DNA from: Octopus sinensis | Taxonomy: Eukaryota | Reading direction: 5' to 3' | Assembly (NCBI RefSeq): GCF_006345805.1 | Contig: NC_042998.1 | Coordinates: 201,500,001 to 201,564,000 of the forward strand | DNA: 64,000 nucleotides | Shown here: positions 40,653 to 52,040 of the stretch, piece after piece | How positions within the stretch are numbered: the first letter of the stretch is position 1 | Layout of the letters: each line of letters begins with the position of its first letter | The notes under the pieces: model-generated | Database searches by the model: none | The model's input: only the letters and a program-made list of their open reading frames with translations | Told to the model about the DNA's origin: nothing | Made by a program: the position numbers and the translations under genes

Positions 40653-41081
40653 AGGAACTCGCTAGGTGCAATCTTCTTCAGTAGGTTTACCTAGAGTTAA
40701 ATGCATATACACGGGATGATCAAAAGTAGTTGCCCTGTGTTTATAGGGCCTAACTTTTTTTAAATCTACTGCGCAGCCGCAGTCCTTTGCCGGCAATAAA
40801 ATATACACTATATCGTATGACTAACATATAGTTTTTCTGACTAAATATTTACACTAAATATTTCCATTTCTCTTTGATATGATTAAATATTGTAAGTTTT
40901 TTTGATAATTTTCGGTTTTAAAAGTTGGCGGTTTTTATTGCCGCAGAAGGACTGCGTCTGCGCAGTAGATTTTGAAAAAGTTAGGACGTATAAACACAGG
41001 GCAGGTAGTTTTGAACGTCCCGTGTGTATACTTTTAATCCTAGCTGGTCCTGCTGAAGACGTCTGCAACTAGCGAGTTCCT
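40653..41081. mobile_element. Nested MITE-like inverted-repeat elements (inner element 40710-41024)
   Basis: Inner ~95-bp TIRs CACGGGA...gccggcaataaaa / ttttattgccgc...TCCCGTG; outer TIRs AGGAACTCGCTAG / CTAGCGAGTTCCT. Confidence 0.8.
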
Positions 41082-41274
41082 TGACCCGCTAAAGTAAAAT
41101 CAGAAACCAATTGGTCCAGGAAACTAGATGGTCAAATGTTTTTCATTTTTCAATTCGTTCCGCTCGAATTTTATCCCTAATTTTGTGGTTATAGAACCTA
41201 GCTGTTCTTTCTAGCGTGTTGAATTCCTCTAAGTGGATTTCTTAGGTGCATAAAATACACACTATCGTGTGATC

Positions 41275-41345
<71 letters not shown>

Positions 41346-41399
41346 CTGTTAATATGTATTCATTGAACAAAAGTTTGATTTATATACATGTATATATAT

Positions 41400-41590
41400 T
41401 CTTTTACTTGTTTTAGTCATTTAACTTCTGGCCATGCTGCAGCACCGACTTTAGTGGAACAAATCGACTCCAGGACTTATACTTTGTAAGCCTAGTACTT
41501 ATTCTACTGTCCCTTTTGCCGAACTACTATGTTGCGGGTACGTAAACACACCAGCATCGGTTGTCAAGCGATAGTGACGGAACAAACACA
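41400..41590 (-). mobile_element. SINE family A, 3' half
   Basis: cttttacttgttttagtcatt...aaacacaccagcatcggttgtcaagcg. Confidence 0.88.
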
Positions 41591-41616
41591 TACATACACA
41601 CACACATACACATACA

Positions 41617-41680
<64 letters not shown>

Positions 41681-41859
41681 GTACATACATATATATATAT
41701 AATATATATGTATGTGTATATATATGTGTGTATGTGTGCGTGTGTGTATAGAGGGAGAATTCACAAAAAAAAAAACAAAAGACGAAGACAGGTGGTGTAG
41801 ACAACAAACATGTATTAGAATAAAGCTCGGGAAGTGAAAAAGTAAATATATATTATTTA

Positions 41860-42900
41860 AAGGTTACAATACATGTATTAAAGTGCTACTATTAGTTTTA
41901 TATGTTCATAAATCTCAAACACATTCTTCAGGCTAAACCCACATATCAGAACTAAATAACGGAATAGAATAATAGAAGAAACGCCACAAAAACTGAGAAA
42001 ATAGCATATATAAAAAACGCAGATCAGTCAACGACTGAAAAGTAAAAAAATTCAAAGAGCTATCCTTCTTAGATCTTAAACGATAAGACTGGCAAGATAT
42101 CAAGACAGTCGGGAGTAGGCGGAATTTTCTAATTCTTAAAGATATATTTATACATATGCATGCAACCACTGAAAATTGCTGATCTGGAGTTCTATAGAGA
42201 GTTAGGTATCTTAGATCTGAACAGGATCTGCGCTCTGTCAGCAAAACAAAGTTTACGTTTACCTGATCCATTCACATATGTTATGGATTTTCCAATTACT
42301 TACAATTTACTCGTATCCGGCGTCTCGTTATTTTTCAATGTTCATACCTATCTAACCAACTTAGTAGATTTACTTTTGTCCATATGTCAGATGGAGGCTA
42401 TGTGATTGGCATTTTAAATTAACCTTCATTCGCATAATCCATTATAGGCTTTCTTGGTGGTTGTATTATTATTATTATTTAATGTTGCAGTAACGTCTGC
42501 CCCATATAAAATAGATGTAGTCATACACTGTTGGTCAAGAGGACAGGATCCTGTGCCGCGATAGTTGCAACTGGATTCAGTCTCTTAGTATTTACCACGT
42601 GTAATGATGCTCTTGATTTTGGGGTAGCAATTATACGATAATTTCACAGAACACCTATTAAATGTTTTCCTGTATCTGTGAGTAAAGAACATAACATTCT
42701 GTATAGGGAAAATATACAAATACAATGAGCTCATCAGTTACGCTTGCAAGAAGTTTCAACGTCGAATACATAATTGCTCCGATTCTGATAGTGTGAAAAC
42801 AACCTTGGATAAAATTTGTTAGTTTATGCAGCGGAAAGTTATCACAAAAAGCAGGTAAGATATTTGATGGCGTTTTGGTAACCGGGAGGGAGATTAACTA
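41860..42900 (-). mobile_element. Decayed Penelope-like element (second type): GIY-YIG region, 3' UTR and a degenerate hammerhead at 41885-41933
   Basis: HRYRKTFNRCSVKLSYNC, CNYR..SCPLDQQCMTTSILY, KAYNGLCE, ANH, STKL, YVNGSGKRKLC, NSRS..SGCMH; then gc-CTGAAGA-atgtgttt...gaacatat-AAAA-ctaatag-TA-gc. Confidence 0.8.
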
Positions 42901-43311
42901 GGTGCTATTACGAGAGTCAACGAGATTAATAAAATTAAAATAGTAGTTCTTTTTGTAATGAAACTAATTTTAATAACATGAATTTTTTTTCATAAAACAT
43001 GACAAAATAGCATATGTGACATGATTACAATGCAGAGAGAGAAAGAAACAACATGATGTGTGCTAAAGGAAGTATTGCGGAGTGAAAAATGACCGTTAAA
43101 TAAGGGGTAAAATCAGAAGGGAGAAAGTAAAAAGTACAAATGCTCATAGAAACCGCTTTGCGAGTATGTACATACATACACAGCGCGCACGCACACCAAC
43201 GTGCATGTGCCTATATGCATATCCTAATAACACTTTTGTCTTAATAACGGTCAATTGCATAGTAATTTTCCTTTGTTTAACGGTCATTTTCTGAGCAGTA
43301 TTTGATTGCCT

Positions 43312-43375
43312 TGATAACTGATGAGATGACGGAGCAGATTTTACGCCCCGACATTCGAAACTCGGAATTTTATTA
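43312..43375 (+). ncRNA. Type I hammerhead-like motif (intact core, decayed helices)
   Basis: tgataa-CTGATGA-gatgacgg...ccgacattc-GAAA-ctcggaa-TT-ttatta; followed by ~100 nt and a TG/TATG microsatellite. Confidence 0.65.
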
Positions 43376-43520
43376 TGGCGACCGAATAATTGTCACATAT
43401 TATATTACAGATAAATTCCTCTATTTACGTAGTATCGAGGTCTCTTTCGTTCTTTTGTTGTCATACCATTACTATCAATGTGTGTGTTTCTGCATATATG
43501 TATGTATATATGTATGTATG

Positions 43521-43554
<34 letters not shown>

Positions 43555-44794
43555 TGTATGATAGAGGAACATTCTTTGAAATTCTTAAGAAATGTCGGAA
43601 TTTTCCGAGCTCTGTCTTTGAAAGATTTCTTAAGAAACACTCTGTTTCTGAAGTACACTGGTAATGCTTGGCGAATGTCTCAATGACATGACCGTTCTGA
43701 ATATGACATTTCAATATTTCTTTTAACCAATTATCACAAAACAGATAGTATTTCATTAGTATTTCCTGGCTAGGTATTAATGTAAATTTTAGAAAAAAGA
43801 AAGTTTGAGGAAAGTTTTAGAAAAAAAGTAAGCTTGCAAATTAAGTACAAAGACAGCTCGGAAATGTTGAAGCAATTTTAACTGAAACCGTATTACATAT
43901 ATCTATTATCTTGTTTGGTGGGCCCAGATTGAGTCTAGTTTATCTCAATATTACTAGTGGTAAGGAAGAAGCTAACTTAAATTTTTAGATTATATTATCG
44001 AGAATAAATGCATTAATAATTATTTAGGCCCCAAGTCATGGATACTGTAGTAGCCAATTAAATATACACGTATATCGTGTATAATCCGAACTTGCATAGT
44101 ACAGACATGGGATAAATACAGTAAAATATTTTGTCTGCTGCTCTGAGGATGCAGCTAAATTACTGAGTATTTTTTGGAACATTATCATCTCAAGTGTGTT
44201 AACAAGGAACATCGTTCAGACACAGCCAGATTTTAAACAAATTACTGCAACTTATACGAAAATATTCTTAATACGCTTATACAAAAATAAACATCATTTG
44301 CTGCAAATGCAAAACAACTTGCTTAGAAATAGTATATACACAACTCTTGTGCTGTTACATCTATTACATTTAACATGAACTGCAACGAATACAAGAATTC
44401 CTTTGAACAGAGAGTATTACTGTCGATAAAATGCATTATCACCAGCCAATTCCCAATTGCATCTAAATGTACTTTAAAGAGCGTATTTATATTATTGCAG
44501 AAAATACGAACACAATTCTGTTAAATCACGTTACTGTCACCATATTTAAACGTTCTGCATTCGACGTAGGATTTAATGCATTTCTTTCAGAACGTAAATC
44601 TGATAATTCTCTAATTTTCACATTGAATTATACTAATTATTTTCACAAGTCAACATAATCATTTCTGTATGACATACATTTGAAAAAGCTTTTTTTCTAG
44701 AACCATGTACAGCTGTCGTGTCTCTGCTGTATACCTACATAGTTAGAATGCACAGATATTGCAGACCGTTCAACAGATAAGATTGTTGTGAATA

Positions 44795-44908
44795 CCGCTC
44801 AGGAATAGAAATAAAACAAGTCTTTTACGTTTCGAGCCTACGCTCTTCGACAGAGAGATACACAGAAAAGAAACAAGGAGACAAACAAGGAAAGAAAGAA
44901 ATTGCGTA
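44795..44908 (-). mobile_element. H1-related (TA)n-adjacent element with a hammerhead-like motif at 44821-44858
   Basis: Minus strand tctct-CTGTCGA-agagc-gtag-gctc-GAAA-cg-TA-aaaga; shares cgctcagga and helix II with H1. Confidence 0.7.
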
Positions 44909-45605
44909 TATATATATATATATATGCATGTACGTATTCATACCTCTCTCTTTCTCTTTCTCTCTCTCTCTCTCCCTATACATACTTATATATATATATA
45001 TATATCGATAGATATATAGAGAGATTAAATGGGGCCTGTTTAATAGATGAAGGTTGATCAAAGTGAAGCATGTTACAGTTGATACATTACGATGAAAATC
45101 TAGAAATATCCCATCCGTTCAATTAGCAGACAAAGTGGCAATGAGAAGAATTTCACTGGTATTTGGTAACTGCAAATTCCGAATTGAATGGGACATTAAG
45201 TATGGAATAATACCATTATAAAACAGACGGAAAGACTAGATGGTGTTGCTACACTGCTCAATCACTATATTTTATGATGACATAATATCGCATATAATGG
45301 CATTGCAAGCCGTACATAACTGCATGTACGATACAATGCCGCAATAAAATCTCTTTGTTAAACATTGCAGTAATATCATATAGACCATCAGTTTCTTATA
45401 TATATATATATGTGTGTGTGTGTGGTGTGTGTGTGTGTGTGGTGTGTGTGTGTTTGTGTGTGTGTGTATGTATATGTAAAAGTGCGTATATATGTATGTA
45501 TATTTTTATAACGTTTTTTTTTAAATAAATAAATAGATATAATATAATGTCTAAAAGTTGATGAATACCACCTCTTGATCCCCTCAATTTTTTTTATTGT
45601 TGTAT

Positions 45606-45654
<49 letters not shown>

Positions 45655-45689
45655 ATATACATACATACATACACATATATGTATATATA

Positions 45690-45732
<43 letters not shown>

Positions 45733-45750
45733 TGTATATATATAGCTAGT

Positions 45751-46270
45751 TACAAGGTGGTATGAAAATGCTCTCGGACTACTTCTATAGTGCTTCAACG
45801 GATCGCGGCACACGACTGCATCTGCAATGAGAGTTAACAGTGAATTTCATAACACGGTGAGCCAAGTGACATCGCTGTGCTTCGTTTGCAAGTTGTGACA
45901 TTTGTTCTTTGCTCTTGTGATCGCGTGTCTACTGTAATCATGGACAGGATGTTGGAGTAAAGAACTAACGTGAAATTTTGCGTTAAACTTGGGAAGTCTG
46001 CTACAGAGACATTGCGTGTGCTTCGGCAAGCTTAAGACGACAAGGCAATGGGTCATACGCAATCTTTCGATTGGAAACTTCACTTCAAAAGCGGAAGAAG
46101 ATCCACGAAAGATAATGAGTGATCTGGAAAAACTTCTACGAACGTCACCCTCGGAAATGGGGAGAAAATACATCACCTTGTGCGTGAAGATCGCTGGAGT
46201 ACAATCACGAAGATTGCTGGTGTTGTTGTTGTTCTCTCCAAATAGTGCGTGCAGGCAATCCTAACATCCG
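45751..46270 (+). mobile_element. Decayed mariner (Mos1-like) 5' end and transposase HTH
   Basis: MDRMLE*RTNVKFCVKLGKSATET, LRQA*DDKAMG, FKSGRRS, LVREDRW. Confidence 0.85.
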
Positions 46271-46515
46271 GATTATTCACGATGACAATGAGCCCTGCCA
46301 GCGCGCTCTTCTCGCTTCTAAGTTTCTTCCTCTCTCTCACACACATATACATACACACACATATTTGACACGTATTTCGCATAAATTAGTTGATCCAGTC
46401 GTTACAATAAAAGAAATTAAGTCATTACATATTTAAAATGACATAAAATGAAATTAATATCTGTTTAAAACTCTTGTAAGAATTCGTTAGATTTTGTGTA
46501 AAAATTTCGTATATA

Positions 46516-46930
46516 AGCGCAGGAGTGGCTGTGTGGTAAGTAGATTGCAAGCCAACCACATGGTTCCGGGTTCAGTCCCACTGCGTGGCATCTTGGGCAA
46601 GTGTCTTCTGCTATAGTTCCGGGCCGACCAATGCCTTGTGAGTGGATTTGGTAGACGGAAACTGAAAGAATCCTGTCGTATATATGTATATATATATGTA
46701 TGTGTATGCATATATTTGTGTGTCTGTGTTTGCCCCCCCCCCCAACGTCGCTTGACAACCGATTCTGGTGTGTTTACGTTCCCGTCACTTAGCGGTTCGG
46801 CAAAAGATACCGATAGAATAAGAACTGGGCTTACAAAGAATAAGTCCCGGGGTCGATTTGCTCGACTAAAGGCGGTGCTCCAGCATGGCCGCAGTCAAAT
46901 GACTGAAACAAGTAAAAGAGTAAAAGAGTA
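46516..46930 (+). mobile_element. SINE family A, full length (tRNA-derived, internal TA/TG microsatellite, GAGTAAAA tail)
   Basis: A-box TGGCTGTGTGG, B-box GGTTCAGTCCC, CORE-like CTTGGGCAAGT, tail aaaagagtaaaagagta. Confidence 0.95.
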
Positions 46931-47074
46931 AAATAGAGTGTCGTTTATGTCTAGTTTGTATTTTGTGTGTAAGCGCTTTTGTTTTTCAACTTTTCAAACA
47001 CATGCTTTTGGGACTAATGCAAGTTGTTTTTTTTTTTGTTATAGGACAGTATATTAATTGTAATAGCGTGAAGT

Positions 47075-47720
47075 ATGTCTGGTTTAATTTCAGATTTAAT
47101 ATATCTGCATTCGTATATTGTTTCTCGTAGTTCATCATTTTCATTTCATATTCTAGAAAATCATAATTTATTCGGCTTCTGTATTTCGTAGTTGATCATT
47201 TCTCTCGTTTATTTTGTAAGGAGGTATATTTCAAATTCTCCAGTTGCTCAAATGTCGAGATGTTTACTTCATGGAATAATTCTGAGAGATAAATCTTTAA
47301 TTCATTGTTTATTCATGCTTACACCACTGGTCCCAGTTTCTCCAGTGTAATTCCCGTTGTATTGTGAGAATGTGAGGCAGCAGATGAGATTTCTTGGTTT
47401 TGCAATTCTTATTTGCCTTCACTCTCAATTCTTTCCCATTCTTGAATCTTTCAATTGTTCCTTGCTCAATTATTTCACATGGCTGATAATGAAGGTCTCC
47501 ACAATTTGCTACTAATATTATTTCATTTCCTGATGGGAATCTCGCCTTGGAGTGATGTGGAGATTTGGTAGATATATTCGGTTGTTGATAGTTTGTTATT
47601 GTTTAATTATTTATCGGAGGTTTGAATACTGATGAAAAGTTGGAAGCTACCGTTTTGCAGAATGTAGGGTGGAGGAGTTCCTAGGATTATTGCTAATTAT
47701 CAATGGAATATTTATACACC
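47075..47720 (-). mobile_element. Decayed Penelope-like GIY-YIG remnant
   Basis: NNPRN, KPRNLICCLTFSQYNGNYTGETG, NKQ*I; homologous to 24184-24520. Confidence 0.72.
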
Positions 47721-47745
47721 ATTGATAATGGAATTGAAAGTTATA

Positions 47746-47872
47746 GAAGTGGCTGTGTGGTAGGTAGCTTGCTTACCAGCTACATGGTTCCAGGTTCAGT
47801 CCAACTGCGTGGCACCTTGGAAAAGTGTCTTCTAATATAGCCTCAGGCCAACCATAGCTTGTGAGTGGATTT
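47746..47872 (+). mobile_element. SINE family A head
   Basis: agtggctgtgtggtaggtagcttgcttacc...gtgagtggattt. Confidence 0.88.
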
Positions 47873-48016
47873 ATATATATATATATTTATATAGAGAGAA
47901 GGATAGATAAAACATACTTCGAATTGGATGCGTGGCGTCCAATCATATCATAATATATAATATATAAATATGTATGCATAAATACACATAGATTTGTATA
48001 AGTATGTATATATGGA

Positions 48017-48631
48017 GACAGGACACCACGGAACATAAACAACATGAAATTCGAAATAATAAGACCTTCTTTTTGCGAACAACGAAAGAAACAAAAAAGA
48101 AAAACAAGGCAAGTAACATGAACAAACGACCCTTAATTTGTTGTTGGCTGTTTTTGTACTTCGTATTCGGAGAAATTCTCAACAAGATATGTTTTCGACA
48201 AAACAGGTGCTCCCGTAAAGCACATTAAATAAACTTTGGGATTTTTGAGGAGTATCAAAGTTGGCAACAAAAACAAGACAGTGAAAACAAGCAGGAAGGT
48301 CTATTAAGCCTAAACAAGTTGAGCTGGTGAACGCGGAGAAATAAGCTCTGAGAGGAGACAGGTACGAATGCGTCTTATTCCTATGGCTGATCAGAAAGAA
48401 AGAAAGAAATTCAAGTTGGGAAAAGACAGATGGCCGATGGTCACATGTGAGCAACGAGTTAGCAAAGTCGGAAGAGTGAGAGCGACAGAAGGACAGACAG
48501 AGAACGGCGTAGGGGAAGGTCGTTTTCCATGTTACCTGTCTTGTTTATTGATTTGTTTCTTTCGTTCGTAAAAACAGTTTGTATTCCATGTTTTCGTATT
48601 TCATATTATTTATGTTCCGTGGTGTCCTGTG
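48017..48631. mobile_element. Element with ~115-bp imperfect inverted termini in TA/CA-rich context
   Basis: acaggacaccacggaacataaa...aacgacc versus ggtcgtt...tttatgttccgtggtgtcctgt. Confidence 0.75.
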
Positions 48632-49065
48632 CACATATACGCATGCATGTACACATATATGTATGTACATAGTAGGCAAGGTAGGCAGTGCCTACAATAA
48701 ATGAAATAGAACTATAATGATATTTTCCTGTTATGGAAATATGCAACTAATTCAATAAAATTATGAAGGTTACTTTGTTCATTATGCATAAAATGCAAAT
48801 ATTTTTGTAGATTTTGTATCTGTAGTTTGTCCCTGCCTTCCAATCTCATTATTAAAACTACGCATAGTACTGTTGTAGTACACCTCCCACGACTATTCCT
48901 ACAGCAACGTTTTCTTTACGTGCTATAAAGGCAGAAGCAAATCTGCCTCCAACTCAGTCGTGTTCCTGTGTTTCAATTATTTTTTTGTGTTTTACTGCAT
49001 AAACGTCACCGACTGCTTATCCTGAGTAATTACTCACGGCACGTACCTGATGTATATATATACTT

Positions 49066-49131
<66 letters not shown>

Positions 49132-51650
49132 AAGTTTCTAAATGTGTAAATGATTTCCAGAGAATGAAGTTATATATACGCTTATCTGTGTCTATATATT
49201 TTTTTATATCCTTTTTCAATCTACACTCTATTGATTTTCTTACAATGAATCGTTTTTGAGCTGGAAGAGTGAATTTTGAGGATTTCGTTGAAATCCTCAG
49301 ATAATCTCATGTGCTTCTTTTCTTCTACCATTCTTGTGGAAAGTCTAATATTTTCAGCTTGTAACAAAATCGAATTGTGTTATACTTGAAAATACTGTAG
49401 TAAAATACAGTTTTGAAAATGTTCACTATTATGCTGTAATAGCGACGAAGGAATGTATGTCTCGTGAATATGTCAGTCTTGAATCATTGTATTTACTGAA
49501 GCTTTGAAAGTGTGTTGGTTGTAGCGTGACCATCTAACATTTTTATTAACGATGTAGGGGGAAAAATCTATTTATTTTCTTACGTAGTAATTCTTTATCC
49601 AATCTAATAAATAGAGGAATTATTCAGCTGTTGTATTTTTTTATCAGTATATTCTTGCCACATTTAACCAATGTTAGGTTCTGATTGAACATCAAAACAA
49701 GAAAAAATAAATGTTAAAAAGAGATGTGAGGTAATAGAAAAAAAAAGAAAATGTACAGAACGTAAATGTTGAGAAGGAAGTGAAAAGAAATAAATATGGC
49801 ACATGTTCACAACAACGTGAATATGAGAGTATAGGAACTAAGCAACAGGCAGAGCAAAAGAAATGGATTGTGGGAGAAATTGTGAAAGAGTAGGTCTCAC
49901 TTGATTTAACTTTGAAAAAAAGCGACAAGTTTGCGCTCGGTTTATTGGGAACAATACCCCATGTTTGTCTATTGTGCTGCATCAAATATAGCAGGCACGG
50001 ATGTAAAAAAAAAAAAAAGAAAAAACGAAAGAGAAAGAGAAAAAGTATTATATGCCTGTGAAGGAATGTGTGAAAAGTCTGTCTGTTTGTCGAACATCCG
50101 GTTTATAACAAATATATTCGTTCAGCGGAAAATCGTTATCCTGAATTCAATGTAATATTACTTGTTGATATTTTTTGAAGAAAAAATGTTTAATAAGCGT
50201 ATGAGTAAAGAGGATGCGAATATATTATAAGAATCAAGGAAAGAGTAATAAGAACAACTATATAAAAGAAATAGCAATTGACATAAGTTAATGGCTACAA
50301 AATGAAGGTAATTATTAATTTCTTGTTCATATTCAGCAGAAATCGACAACTATTTATTTCTTCATGTTCATATTAGAAGAGAACCACGTGCAATAGAGTT
50401 GCGATACGATTTGTTCTAATAGATTTTTTTTAAAAATTGAATTAAAGCTACAAAAACGAAGGCAACACTTTCATCTAGGCAAAACACATTGCATAAAATA
50501 CAAAATAAATAGCTAAATCAGTGTCCTGCAAAAATGCTGAATAAATATTCTCATTTACTTGCTTTCATATTTATTTTTCACTTTTAAATTAAGATTATTT
50601 TCATGTCAGATTTCATTCCCTTAAAGAACATTTCACAATGAAATATTAAGCGGGCGTGATTGTATAGTATTTAATATTTCATCTAAATTACCGCAAATAT
50701 AATGTATGACATTCGTTTCGCAAAAAGCTTTCACTTCTGCCCAACCAGTGTTTACAAATATGCTGCCTAGAATAAAGTTTAGCCGTCCAAAGAGGGACAA
50801 TTGAAAACGATTCTTTTGATTGCTTATCAGCCTATAACTACTTGGAAAATAAAAATGTGTTTATAAAGAAGATATTAAATTACTGGGGACAATGCGTTGA
50901 CTGAATTGTTCTCTTGTGTGGTATTTATTCTGAAATTTGATACTTGATTAGAGTCGATAACTATAAGGAGCACTATAGATAAAACTACACTTAAGTGAAA
51001 AAATGAATAACGCCTTGAAAAGTAAATTGCTGAATATTTTTGAATGGAAATTAAAATTGCTTTAATTTATTGAGGAAAACCATGTACTTAATAATTATAT
51101 CTTAAAAGCAAAAATGTTACCTCTTCTAGTTAAAAGGAAATAGTGACAAAAATGCGAGTAATTACCACGCAAGTTACATTGTATTGGAGAAAACTAAATA
51201 ATATGTATGTATGAAATATAACAGAAAAGTAAAATAGTCTTTGTTGACTTAATCCTTCCTCACACTAGCGGTTTGAACGAAAAGAACACGGCGAACGAAG
51301 CATTATGATATCTTTTATAAATGGATTCTGTTATTGATAGTAACCCATTCCGAATATTAATGTGTTTTCAAAACAAGATATACTTGTACATTAAATATTT
51401 AGTATCATTTTTCTTCTGGAACAGGTTTTACCACACTATCTCCACAGGATCTATGGGCTTGTAAACCATAAACAACTCTCTCACACAGAAAGTAATCCCT
51501 TTGATTTCACTGCTATATTGACTCGAGGCAATTGTGAATTTCTTTAGAAATACCTAACATCAAACCAAGCGACTGATTCCGATGTAATACACAGACAATA
51601 CATAAATGGTCAAAATCTTCGTAAATATATAACATATATGCATATATATA

Positions 51651-52040
51651 GGCGCAGGAGTGGCTGTGAGGTAAGTAGCTTGCTAACCAACCACATGGTT
51701 CCGGGTTCAGTCCCACTGCGTGGCATCTTGGGCAACTGTCTTCTGCTATAGCTCCGGGCCGACCAATGCCTTGTGAGTGGATTTGGTAGACGGAAACTGA
51801 AAGAAGCCTGTCGTATATGTGTGTGTGTATGTGTCTGTGTTTGTGTGTGTGTTTGTCTCCCTAGCATTGCTTGACAACCGATGCTGGTGTGTTAACGTCC
51901 CCGTCACTTAGCGGTTCGGCAAAAGAGACTGATAGAATAAGTACTGGGCTTACAAAGAATAAGTCCCGGGGTCTAAAGGCGGTGCTCCAGCATGGCCTCA
52001 GTCAAATGACTGAAACAAATAAAAGAGAAAAGAGAAAAGA
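51651..52040 (+). mobile_element. SINE family A, full length
   Basis: GGCGCAGGAGTGGCTGTGAGG head through the tgactgaaacaa tail. Confidence 0.95.

Noticed and set aside
43084-43291. Inverted repeat aaaatgaccgttaaa / tttaacggtcatttt
   Set aside because: Probably an old MITE, but boundaries and TSD could not be defined.
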